Source: an uncultured Candidatus Saccharibacteria bacterium
Lineage (GTDB): Bacteria; Patescibacteriota; Saccharimonadia; Saccharimonadales; JALRHH01
NCBI GenBank assembly: GCA_964639295.1
Contig: CAZXDT010000003.1
Location: 1,304-65,303 of the forward strand
Direction of reading: 5' to 3'
Length of the DNA: 64,000 bases
The notes beneath the pieces were generated by a model. It ran no database searches. It saw only the letters and a program-made list of their open reading frames with translations, and had not been told where the DNA came from. Positions 29,183 to 37,968 of the stretch are shown here, piece by piece (position 1 is the first letter of the stretch; each line of letters opens with the position of its first letter). The position numbers and the translations under genes are program-made.

Positions 29183-31335
29183 TAGACCTTCTTCAAGGGA
29201 GCGAAGGCCGTATTCAAGCGCTTGGTCCCCTTACCTTTAAAGTAAATAATTGCTGTTTCACCCTGCATTTCTACCACGGTGCCAGTGCCAAAGACATCGT
29301 GCTTGACGGTGTCACCTTCGTACAATTCAGGAATATACTGTGGTTCGTCATAACTTGGCATCTGCCCGTAGCCATCTTCAACTGTCTGATCATAGGTATT
29401 CTGCCAAGCAGAGCCACCCAGGGAAATACTGTCAATTTGGAAAGAGCCATCAATCTCGCTCAGGAATCTGGATGGGGGATTATGTTGCACACCACCATAG
29501 AGCATGCGACTTGTGGCGTAACTCAGATACAATTCTTCTTTTGCGCGGGTCATACCGACGTAACAAAGGCGACGTTCCTCTTCCATCTCTGACTGGTCGT
29601 AAAGCGCACGTGAATGCGGAAACATCGTTTCCTCAAGCCCCGTCATGAAAACCACTGGGAACTCCAAGCCCTTAGCCGCATGGAGTGTCATGAGCGTCAC
29701 CACATTACTGCCGTTCTCCATACTATCTACATCACTGACCAGAGCTACTTCCTCCAGGAAGCCGTCAAGACCTAATTCCTGGTAGCTCTTGGCTACACTG
29801 ATAAGTTCACGGACGTTTTCTTTGCGTGATTCACCTTGCGGTGTTTTGTCATCTAGGTAGGAATAATAATCGATCCTCCTAAGTAAACTCTCAATGAGGG
29901 CAGGCAAGGGGGTTTCGTCTAGCACTTCCCTGGCGCTGGTGAAGATATCACCCAGCTCTAGTAACCCCTTCTTAGCTTTACCACTTATACCCGAAGCATC
30001 GCTAGCTGTACTAAGAGCCTGTTGGAGCGTCATATCGCCAGTTTGCTGCCAAGCGTAGAAACTCTCTAGTGACTTTGTACCAATACCACGTGTTGGCACG
30101 TTTACGATACGTTCAAAGCTAACTCGATCTTCTGGCTGGTAGAGCAGGCGTAAGTAAGCAATAAGATCTTTAATTTCCTTGCGATCATAGAAGCGCTGTC
30201 CGCCAACAATACGATAAGGCACACCAAATCGTACAAAGGCTTCTTCTACGGAACGACTCTGGGCGTTAGTCCTGTACAGAACCGCAAACTCCGCATAGGT
30301 CCTAAATCGTGCGTCCACAGCGTTCTTAACCCGACGCACAATTCCCTCTGCCTCTGCCCGCTCATTAGCCACCTGCAATATACCGACAGGCTGGCCCGCG
30401 CCAGCATCTGTCCAGAGTTCTTTCTCCGAACGCTGTTCATTCTTAGTAATAACAGCGTGTGCAGCGTCAAGAATTGCCTTGGTGCTGCGATAATTTTGCT
30501 CTAGCTTTACGATAGTAACGTCTGGATAATCTTTCTCAAAATTCAAGATATTACGGAAGTCCGCACCGCGCCAGCTATAAATACTTTGCCAGTCATCACC
30601 CACTACAGCGATGTTTTTCTGATCATTTGTTAGGAGTTTGACCAGCTTATACTGAGCTGCATTGGTGTCCTGATACTCATCAATCATAATGTAACGGAAT
30701 TGCTGCTGCCATTTCTTACGGAGCTCTGGTTGCGTTTGCAACAGATTGACAGTACGCGCTATCAAATCATCAAAATCAAGCGCCCCTGCACCTTTAAGAA
30801 TCTTCTGATACAGCGGATAGACCTGTGCAGCGGCTCGCTCAACCGGGCTATTGCCGCTCGGAGTTATAAGTTCATTCTTGGCGTTACTGATCATAGATGA
30901 CAGCGTGCGAGCCGGAAAAGTCTTCTCATCCAACATCAGTTGCTTACTTGCCTGTTTAACGGCACTTTGCCTATCTGACTCGTCAAAGATTACAAAGTTA
31001 CGCGGTACACCAACAGACTCGCCATCCTGACGTAGTAATCGCACACAAATACCGTGGAAAGTGCCCATGTAGGGCATAAATGATCGATTATCTGCGTTCT
31101 CACCCAGTAGCGTCGCCACACGCTCACGCATTTCCTTAGCTGCCTTATTAGTAAACGTCACGGCGAGAATGTTATACGGAGTAGCCTTATGTGATGCAAT
31201 TAAGTGAGCAATACGGTGGGTTAGTGTCTTAGTCTTACCAGAACCTGCTCCCGCCAATATCAAAAGCGGCCCATCTGTAGTCTCTACAGCCCTGGCCTGC
31301 TCTGGATTTAACCCTTGAGTAAGTTCGTCTAGCAC
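29182..31335 (-). CDS. pcrA: ATP-dependent DNA helicase PcrA/UvrD
   Basis: AGAGSGKT, DEYQDTN, and UvrD-type motifs throughout; 717 aa. Confidence 0.95.
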   Translation of the reverse strand: MLDELTQGLNPEQARAVETTDGPLLILAGAGSGKTKTLTHRIAHLIASHKATPYNILAVTFTNKAAKEMRERVATLLGENADNRSFMPYMGTFHGICVRLLRQDGESVGVPRNFVIFDESDRQSAVKQASKQLMLDEKTFPARTLSSMISNAKNELITPSGNSPVERAAAQVYPLYQKILKGAGALDFDDLIARTVNLLQTQPELRKKWQQQFRYIMIDEYQDTNAAQYKLVKLLTNDQKNIAVVGDDWQSIYSWRGADFRNILNFEKDYPDVTIVKLEQNYRSTKAILDAAHAVITKNEQRSEKELWTDAGAGQPVGILQVANERAEAEGIVRRVKNAVDARFRTYAEFAVLYRTNAQSRSVEEAFVRFGVPYRIVGGQRFYDRKEIKDLIAYLRLLYQPEDRVSFERIVNVPTRGIGTKSLESFYAWQQTGDMTLQQALSTASDASGISGKAKKGLLELGDIFTSAREVLDETPLPALIESLLRRIDYYSYLDDKTPQGESRKENVRELISVAKSYQELGLDGFLEEVALVSDVDSMENGSNVVTLMTLHAAKGLEFPVVFMTGLEETMFPHSRALYDQSEMEEERRLCYVGMTRAKEELYLSYATSRMLYGGVQHNPPSRFLSEIDGSFQIDSISLGGSAWQNTYDQTVEDGYGQMPSYDEPQYIPELYEGDTVKHDVFGTGTVVEMQGETAIIYFKGKGTKRLNTAFAPLKKV

Positions 31336-31357
31336 CTGTATATTCTAGCAGACGTAT

Positions 31358-32542
31358 TTATGATTTTGAGTAGGTGAAGGTTACTGTTTTGAGTGCTTCT
31401 AGCAACCGGTTGTAGCTTGATTGCTTGAAGACATCTAGCACTTCTGCCTTTGTGTTGCTGGCTTCAATGCTCATATCACCCTCACCGCACTTATCATAGG
31501 GACCCATTACTGGCTTATTCAGATTGGCTTGCGTCATAACAATTGTTTCACCCGTTTTGCTTGTTTTAGCACGGAAGCAGAGATTACTAGTTGTTTTACC
31601 CAAGACAGTATATTTAGTGGTCAGTATGTATCCGTATTGTGTCTCCGTAAGTGCCGTCTCTTCATAAGTTGGGCATAGGTTCTTTGCAGCATGTGGTGTG
31701 TCCGTCTTTGCTGGTGTACACCTGCCCATATTGCCTACTGGGGCTATTAGTGTGTAGCCGACCGCATTATCTGAAGTAGAATCGGAAAAACTTACACGTA
31801 GTGCCCCTGTCTGCGCATCGGAAGTATCACTGCCTGGCCAATTACTTGGGATTACTATTGAAAAGTTATATAGTTTTCCAGTTATTTTCCTTGTTGCAGG
31901 TTGTTCTACTACGGGCTGAGGAGTCGATGATTGCTGAACTGCAGCTGGTTTGTCTTTTATAAAGTCAAAGGGAACTTTGAACCCAAGATTGATTGCGCCG
32001 GCATCTGCTGCCAGGCCAAGGCCTACCACTACTGGCAATAATGCACCGAGCAGCAAGAGGAATAGTCTGTTATTGCGGCGGGAGCGCTCCTGGCCAATGG
32101 GCACAAAGTATTTCTTATCTTCTACGAGCTTTTCTACGAGCTCCTGACGTTTTTGCTCTTCAACATCAACTGCTTCTTGTTTCTTCTTATCGGTAACCTG
32201 ATCGAGTACGGCGTCAACAACAGCGCCGTCACTAACTTCAGAATCAGATTCCTCTGATTTTTGCTCAGTTTCTGATGCTGGCTCTTCTTGCTCAGCAGTA
32301 TCGGAGGCCTCGGCTTCTAAGGGCTTTATGATCTTGTGTGCTGCTGATGGTGCTACCGCCTCTTTAGGAGCTTCTTCATTCTGTGCTAATGCGTCTGTAG
32401 TAACCTCTGTTTCAGATTCAGTGGCGTTGACCATAGGGTCTTTAAGAACTGCATGCCCGCTAATAATTGGACGAGAAGTAGCATCTGCGGGCGTTTCGCC
32501 CGGCTTGGATACATCCATGACGGGTTTCTTAGCCGCTGCCAT
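31358..32542 (-). CDS. Membrane-anchored protein with an acidic N-terminal region, unknown function
   Basis: ORF; central TM (LFLLLLGALLPVVVGLGLAA); no motif recognised. Confidence 0.7.
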   Translation of the reverse strand: MAAAKKPVMDVSKPGETPADATSRPIISGHAVLKDPMVNATESETEVTTDALAQNEEAPKEAVAPSAAHKIIKPLEAEASDTAEQEEPASETEQKSEESDSEVSDGAVVDAVLDQVTDKKKQEAVDVEEQKRQELVEKLVEDKKYFVPIGQERSRRNNRLFLLLLGALLPVVVGLGLAADAGAINLGFKVPFDFIKDKPAAVQQSSTPQPVVEQPATRKITGKLYNFSIVIPSNWPGSDTSDAQTGALRVSFSDSTSDNAVGYTLIAPVGNMGRCTPAKTDTPHAAKNLCPTYEETALTETQYGYILTTKYTVLGKTTSNLCFRAKTSKTGETIVMTQANLNKPVMGPYDKCGEGDMSIEASNTKAEVLDVFKQSSYNRLLEALKTVTFTYSKS

Positions 32543-33330
32543 TACACGCTTTCCTTTTCAATGGTTTGTAAGCGATATGCTGCATCAACAATACCAGAGA
32601 ATTTATGGTAGTTAAGGCTGGCACTACCGACAAGTACGCCGTCACATCCATCAATTTCCATATATCCACGAGCTAATTGATCATCAACGCTGCCGCCATA
32701 TAGAACTCTGACTTTTTCGGCTGTCTTAGCACCGTACAGCTCACGGATCTGGTGACGTATAAAGTCAAATTGTTTCTGAATGTCACTTGGCTTAGCGAGC
32801 TCACCGCCAAAGGTGCTGATAGCCCAAACGGGTTCATACGCAATCACAATATTCTCTATGTCTGCAGCAACAAGGTCGCTGAGCGCGGAGGTAATTTGGT
32901 CGTGTAAAACTTGCTTGGTTTCGCCGTTGTGGCGTTCGTCGTGTGTTTCACCGACACACAAAATCGGCATAATGTCATTACGGACGGCGGCCGTTACTTT
33001 ATCACGTACTGTTTCAAGTGACTCATTAAAGTAGATTCGCCTTTCGGAGTGACCAATAATCACGTAGTGCGCCAAATCCTGAAGCATTGTAAAGCTGACT
33101 TCGCCGGTATAAGCACCTTGATCCTTATGAAAAGCGTTCTGCGCAGCAAGCCGGAACTTGCGACGATCAATCTGCATACTGAGTGGCTGTAATACCAGCA
33201 TACTAGGTGCCAAAACTACTTCAATATCCCTGTGAATCTTGATACGTTCGTGCAAACGATGCAAAAGAAGACTCGCCTGAGAAGTATTCAGGTGCATTTT
33301 CCAGTTTCCGACGATTAGTTTCTTTCGCAT
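32542..33330 (-). CDS. tpiA: Triosephosphate isomerase
   Basis: GNWKMH, IIGHSERR, AYEPVWAI. Confidence 0.95.
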   Translation of the reverse strand: MRKKLIVGNWKMHLNTSQASLLLHRLHERIKIHRDIEVVLAPSMLVLQPLSMQIDRRKFRLAAQNAFHKDQGAYTGEVSFTMLQDLAHYVIIGHSERRIYFNESLETVRDKVTAAVRNDIMPILCVGETHDERHNGETKQVLHDQITSALSDLVAADIENIVIAYEPVWAISTFGGELAKPSDIQKQFDFIRHQIRELYGAKTAEKVRVLYGGSVDDQLARGYMEIDGCDGVLVGSASLNYHKFSGIVDAAYRLQTIEKESV

Positions 33331-33346
33331 AATACTTACGCTAATC

Positions 33347-34639
33347 CTACTCCTTATTTAACAGAGCATCAACTCCCGGTAGGGATTTTCCACTCATAAG
33401 TTCCATGCTCGCACCGCCGCCAGTAGAAACATGGTTGAAGCTATCTGTTAGTTTGCGGTCTTCTATATACCCAACCGTGTCGCCACCGCCAAGTACTGTG
33501 AACGGTTTGTGCCCAAACTGACCAAGCATAGCTTCGACCAATGTTTCAGTGCCATGTGCGAATGGCCCTATGGGACCCTGCACGCCATTAGTTTCCGTTA
33601 CGCCGAGTGCACCATTCCAAATAACCGTGTTAGCTAATTGCATACCACCAGCGATGAAAGCGCCAGAGAATGGGCCCACATCGAGAATCATCTCGTCTTC
33701 GGCGACTTCACTAGCAAAACGTTCAGGGCGCTTTGGGTAGTTTTCAATATTTGCAATCACGTGTGCATCCCAATCAACAATACGTGTCTGAGTTGTGCCA
33801 TCCACATTTTTGGCAACCACGCCATCTTGTGGCAAGTAAAAGACAAAATGTTGCTCAGCCGCCTTTTTCTTGGCCTTTTCAATTATTTCTTTGGCGAGCG
33901 GTACTTCATCCGGGTCAGCCTTACTTTTACCGACATGTATTCCCTCTGCAAGCAAGAATGTATTAGCCATGGCGCCCCCAACTGCTACAAAATCAGCAAT
34001 ATCTACCAAGCGATTCAGAATATCTATTTTGTCTTCTATTTTTGAGCCCCCAATAACTGCCATTAACGGACGATTTGGGTTTTCCATGACATTTGTGATG
34101 GTATCGACTTCTTTTTCTAACAATAATCCGGCGACACCCGGGATATATTTAGGAATTTCTGATACTGATACTGCACCATGGTGCACCACGCCAAAGGCAT
34201 CTTGTACGAATACATCAGCATATGAGGCTAGCTCCTTGGCAAAAGCTTCGTCGTTCGACTCTTCGCCAGGATTGAAACGAACATTTTCAAGCATTAGAAT
34301 CTCGCCAGATGGAAGGTCAGTAACAGCTTGTTTTGCTATATCTCCGACGCAGTCATCAACAAACCGAACGGTAGTACCAAGTAGTTGCCCCAACCTACCC
34401 GCACAGGGCTTGAGGCTGTATTTAGTGTCACGGTTGCCTTCTGGGCGGCCAAGGTGCGAGCATAAGATAATTTTGCAATTTTGTTCGAGTAGATATTGGA
34501 TGGTTGGTAGTGATTTTTTGATACGGTAATCATCAGTAATAACGCCTTTTTCATCCAAAGGTACGTTGTAATCAACTCGCACAAGAACACGCTTGTCGCG
34601 TAAGTCTATTTCTCGAATCGTCTTCTTATAAAAGCTCAA
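33347..34639 (-). CDS. pgk: Phosphoglycerate kinase
   Basis: RVDYNVP, SHLGRP, GGGDT. Confidence 0.95.
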   Translation of the reverse strand: MSFYKKTIREIDLRDKRVLVRVDYNVPLDEKGVITDDYRIKKSLPTIQYLLEQNCKIILCSHLGRPEGNRDTKYSLKPCAGRLGQLLGTTVRFVDDCVGDIAKQAVTDLPSGEILMLENVRFNPGEESNDEAFAKELASYADVFVQDAFGVVHHGAVSVSEIPKYIPGVAGLLLEKEVDTITNVMENPNRPLMAVIGGSKIEDKIDILNRLVDIADFVAVGGAMANTFLLAEGIHVGKSKADPDEVPLAKEIIEKAKKKAAEQHFVFYLPQDGVVAKNVDGTTQTRIVDWDAHVIANIENYPKRPERFASEVAEDEMILDVGPFSGAFIAGGMQLANTVIWNGALGVTETNGVQGPIGPFAHGTETLVEAMLGQFGHKPFTVLGGGDTVGYIEDRKLTDSFNHVSTGGGASMELMSGKSLPGVDALLNKE

Positions 34640-34660
34640 AGTACCCCACCCTTTTTGTCA

Positions 34661-36100
34661 TTATTCTAATACACGGACCTTGATTGTGTCAGTAGTTCCT
34701 ACAACTCCTGGGTATTTACCAGATGCCGTAACTACCATATCCCCCTTACCCAAAAGTCGTGTCTGGCGGAGCCAATCACTGAGCTTACTAGCCGCGTATT
34801 TATCCACCGGACGAACATAACTCTTCGTTCCATATACAAGCGCTAGCTGTTGAGCAGTTGTACTAGTAGAAGTTACCGCAATAATTGGTATTCCTGAACG
34901 GTGGGAAGAAATCTGTAATGCGGTCGCTCCAGACAACGTCTCTGCAACGATTGCCTTTGCCTGGAGGTTCTCTGCCAGAGTAATAATTGCTGAGCTAATG
35001 GCACCTTGTCTACTTGAATCATCTGGGCCTGCGAGATTGACCTTTTCGACTGGATCATTTTCCTGGGTATACAGGATAACTCGCTTCATGACATCAACAG
35101 ATTCGATTGGGTAGTTGCCGTTGGCAGTCTCGTCACTGAGCATGACACAGTCCGCACCCAAGATGACGGCTGTCGCAACATCAGAAACTTCTGCACGAGT
35201 TGGTTCTGGGATTTCTGTCATACTTGCGAGCATCTGTGTGGCGACAATCGTTGGCTTGGCGTATTTGGTACCGAGGGCGATAATTTTACGCTGTACAAGG
35301 GGTACTGATTCTGGCAAAGTCTCGATAGCCAAGTCACCACGAGCTACCATGACAGCATCTGTTTCAAGCATGATTCGTTCTATGTTTTCTACAGCAGCTT
35401 TGGTCTCAATTTTGGCAATAATTTTAGATGTACTCCCAAGGTTTTTGAGCATAGTCCGTAGTTTGCGAATATCCAGCTCTGTTTGAACAAAACTGAGTGC
35501 TACGTAGTCAATATCATGTGTTGAACCAAAGGTAATGTCTTTGCGGTCTTTGGCCGTAATGATATCACCACCAAAATCTGTGTCGGGTAGGTTGATACCT
35601 TTACGCTTAATGAGAATACCGTCGTTCTCTGCCTTAACGTGTACCACGCCGTCTTTCACGCTCGCAACTGTAGTACGAACCTTGCCGTCAAACAGATAGA
35701 GACGTTCACCACGCTTCATTTTCTTGCTTAGGTCGTACTGCGTTGGGATATGTCCAGAACGTTCCATATCAGCATCAAATTTAAAGCTGAGGCTCTGGCC
35801 TTTACGGACATTGATAATACCTTCGAAGTCACCTAGACGTATCTTGGGGCCTTGTAGATCTTGAATAATAGCAATTGGCTTGCCATACTCGCCACTCGCC
35901 CGACGAATCCACTGGATTTGTTGTTCTCGTTCCTCGTAGCTACCGTGACTAAAGTTAAGTCGGATGCCATTTGCACCGGCCTTAATCAGCTCTAAGATCT
36001 TTGGATAACTGTTTGTTGACGGACCGACCGTTGCAATGATCTTTGTCCGCTTAAAATGTTCAATAGGCACATTGGGTGCCTTGGATGTTGCTTCTGTCAT
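34661..36100 (-). CDS. pyk: Pyruvate kinase
   Basis: TKIIATVGP, MVARGDL, and the typical length. Confidence 0.95.
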   Translation of the reverse strand: MTEATSKAPNVPIEHFKRTKIIATVGPSTNSYPKILELIKAGANGIRLNFSHGSYEEREQQIQWIRRASGEYGKPIAIIQDLQGPKIRLGDFEGIINVRKGQSLSFKFDADMERSGHIPTQYDLSKKMKRGERLYLFDGKVRTTVASVKDGVVHVKAENDGILIKRKGINLPDTDFGGDIITAKDRKDITFGSTHDIDYVALSFVQTELDIRKLRTMLKNLGSTSKIIAKIETKAAVENIERIMLETDAVMVARGDLAIETLPESVPLVQRKIIALGTKYAKPTIVATQMLASMTEIPEPTRAEVSDVATAVILGADCVMLSDETANGNYPIESVDVMKRVILYTQENDPVEKVNLAGPDDSSRQGAISSAIITLAENLQAKAIVAETLSGATALQISSHRSGIPIIAVTSTSTTAQQLALVYGTKSYVRPVDKYAASKLSDWLRQTRLLGKGDMVVTASGKYPGVVGTTDTIKVRVLE

Positions 36101-36182
36101 TACCCTCTAGTGTAACTGGTTATGGTTATATTGAAAACGGTAATCGAGGTTAGTTTCGATTATAAGACTATATTGCGGCGGA

Positions 36183-36803
36183 TTATTTTATACTGACTGT
36201 TTCTTTATCACCCTGCACAACACTAGCACTCTTGAGGCTACCTGATTCATAACTAATTGAAGCAATGATGCTACTGTCGCTTATTGAAGCGCCGTCTTTA
36301 TAGACACAAACCTCATTGGCACCAATAGGAGTACACGTGGCCTCTATGCCGCCAAGTGCCTTTTCTGCATCAGCCTTTGACATGCCCTTTTTCAATGAAA
36401 TGGTTTTTGAGTCTGCGTTTTCCTTGAGAACTGATCCTGAACCCGTATTACCTGTACTGTTATCTGATTTACTCGACTTCATAAGTACAACAGCAAGAAT
36501 CACAACGACTATCACAATCACAACGGCAACAATAATCAATATGAGCTTAGTAGGTATCTTACTTTGGCTTGGCATCGATGCAGGTTGCATGGCGGGCATC
36601 GCATACTGCTGTGGGGGCTGTTGCATTGGCTGTGGAGCAGCTTGCTGTGGGGGCCCATACACCGCAGGCTGTTGTACGCCTGGCTGTGCGTACACTGCAG
36701 GCTGCTGCGGCTGAGTCGTTTGATCAACGTACTGCTGAGGCTGAACCTGTGGCTCCTGTGGTGGGTTTATATTTGGCTGCTGAGGGTTCTCGTTTGGGTT
36801 CAT
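36183..36803 (-). CDS. Pro/Gln-rich membrane-anchored protein
   Basis: ORF; AAGGAG RBS; low-complexity PQ N-terminus; one TM; small C-terminal domain. Confidence 0.65.
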   Translation of the reverse strand: MNPNENPQQPNINPPQEPQVQPQQYVDQTTQPQQPAVYAQPGVQQPAVYGPPQQAAPQPMQQPPQQYAMPAMQPASMPSQSKIPTKLILIIVAVVIVIVVVILAVVLMKSSKSDNSTGNTGSGSVLKENADSKTISLKKGMSKADAEKALGGIEATCTPIGANEVCVYKDGASISDSSIIASISYESGSLKSASVVQGDKETVSIK

Positions 36804-36869
36804 TTAGTATAATCTCCTTGATTCAAGCATATCAGACCATAAGCATATTAAGAAAATGAACCTAACCAC

Positions 36870-36885
36870 ATCTCGAGGGGAGTCG
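36870..36885 (-). repeat. 16-nt copy of the tRNA-Glu 3' end (third copy)
   Basis: atctcgaggggagtcg is identical to 37402-37417 and 37585-37600. It lies 2 nt beyond the stop codon of 36888..37358. Confidence 0.85.
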
Positions 36886-36887
36886 TA

Positions 36888-37358
36888 TTATCTTTGGCCG
36901 CGAATGCGTTCAATAATGCTTGTTGTCGAGACGTCACCTTCCGTACGTTCAACAACTTGCAGATGTGATGGATCCATAATGTTCCAGAAACGTGGGTCCT
37001 CACCATCAGTCGCATATAGATCTGGCTGTAGCTGAGCCACGATTTCTGCATGCACTGGGTCGATTTCGTCTGGGGGGCTTGTAGCCGGGTCAACGAATAC
37101 ATAATCCACAATTTTAAGCGCATCAAGCATCTCTGCCCTTTCGCCTTCAGGAATAATTGGCCTATCATCACCCTTACGAGCCTTAACCCTATCATCACCG
37201 CTCATCATGACAACCATAATGTCACCAAGAGCCTTCACTGTATCCAAGTAGTGCTTGTGGCCAACATGAAGCAAATCAAAGGTACCACTTGTGAGGACTA
37301 TTTTCTCGTCTTTGTGTTGGTTACGAACTTCTGCTAGGTTTTCAAGTCGTATAATCAT
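36888..37358 (-). CDS. Cytidylyltransferase-family nucleotidyltransferase (HxGH type)
   Basis: SGTFDLLHVGHKHYL motif. Start set at ATG 37358 (6 nt after the -10 hexamer); the ORF track starts at 37364. Confidence 0.8.
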   Translation of the reverse strand: MIIRLENLAEVRNQHKDEKIVLTSGTFDLLHVGHKHYLDTVKALGDIMVVMMSGDDRVKARKGDDRPIIPEGERAEMLDALKIVDYVFVDPATSPPDEIDPVHAEIVAQLQPDLYATDGEDPRFWNIMDPSHLQVVERTEGDVSTTSIIERIRGQR

Positions 37359-37364
37359 TGACAT

Positions 37365-37393
37365 ACATTAGCATAAGTATGATGAGTTGTCAA
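37365..37393 (-). promoter_or_regulatory. Sigma70-like promoter, leaderless layout
   Basis: TTGACA-17-TAATGT, then atgtca, then ATG 37358. Confidence 0.6.
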
Positions 37394-37400
37394 TGTAGAG

Positions 37401-37534
37401 GATCTCGAGGGGAGTCGAGTCACCTTCGGCGACCCCGCGACTTCTACCATGAAAGCACAGCTTTCAGGTGAAGATCACCTTGCGAATTGCCACTGGCAAT
37501 TCTCACCCTGTTACCGGTAACAGGAGTTCGAGTC
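37401..37534 (-). other. E1: tRNA-Glu 3'-half-derived composite module with an 87-nt structured insert
   Basis: Four parts: an inverted partial tRNA copy; a direct copy (palindrome CCTGTTACCGGTAACAGG, 37507-37524); the insert at 37419-37505; and an exact 18-nt tRNA 3' end at 37401-37418. Confidence 0.7.
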
Positions 37535-37540
37535 ACAAAT

Positions 37541-37570
37541 ACCAAAACAAAAACCCCAGACTAGCTGGGG
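37541..37570 (-). terminator. tRNA-Glu terminator
   Basis: CCCCAG-ctagt-CTGGGG followed by TTTTTGTTTT on the - strand. Confidence 0.8.
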
Positions 37571-37579
37571 CTCTTGTTT

Positions 37580-37654
37580 TGGTGATCTCGAGGGGAGTCG
37601 AACCCCTGTTACCAGGATGAAAACCTGGTGTCCTAACCGTTAGACGACGAGACC
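37580..37654 (-). tRNA. tRNA-Glu(UUC), CCA encoded
   Basis: Manual cloverleaf: GGTCTCG acceptor stem, anticodon loop TTTTCAT, T-arm GGGGTTCGACTCCCC. Confidence 0.95.
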
Positions 37655-37720
37655 GTACTGTGGCAAACATAATTCTGCCAATTGCAACCAAAAAATCATA
37701 ACATAACAGAGGCCAATTGA

Positions 37721-37752
37721 AAACCCCTCCCTAGTGAAAGAGAGGGGTTTTC
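37721..37752. terminator. Bidirectional hairpin terminator
   Basis: AAACCCCTC...GAGGGGTTT flanked by A and T runs. Confidence 0.6.
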
Positions 37753-37808
37753 TGGCCTATAGGCCGGAGCGGTCAGTCAAACTACTCGTTTGGCTGGGAC
37801 CGACATAT

Positions 37809-37959
37809 CCATACTTGAGACAATTTGGATGCGACTCTGCGGAGTACAAGGAGCCGTACTAAAGTACGGTGACTGCACCCCGCAAAAAGAGGCAAGTTCA
37901 AATGGTCCAAGAAGCCAGCGGGTCGCGAGCTCCGCTCGTGAGCAGGCTGGCTGGTATGG
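37809..37959 (+). ncRNA. Family-1 structured intergenic element, copy C (most divergent full copy)
   Basis: Closing stem CCATAC/GTATGG; stem GCGGAGTAC/GCACCCCGC; hairpin GCCGTAC-taaa-GTACGGT; terminal hairpin AGCCAGC..TCGCGAGC-tcc-GCTCGTGA..GCTGGCT. Confidence 0.6.
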
Positions 37960-37968
37960 AATGTCGGG

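Noticed and set aside
37401-37534. Interpreting E1 (and E2 at 51545-51688) as additional tRNA genes, intron-containing tRNAs or tRNA pseudogenes.
   Set aside because: No 5' acceptor strand, D arm or anticodon arm can be drawn. The insert is far too short for a group I intron and sits in the T-loop, not the anticodon loop. An intact cognate tRNA lies directly upstream.
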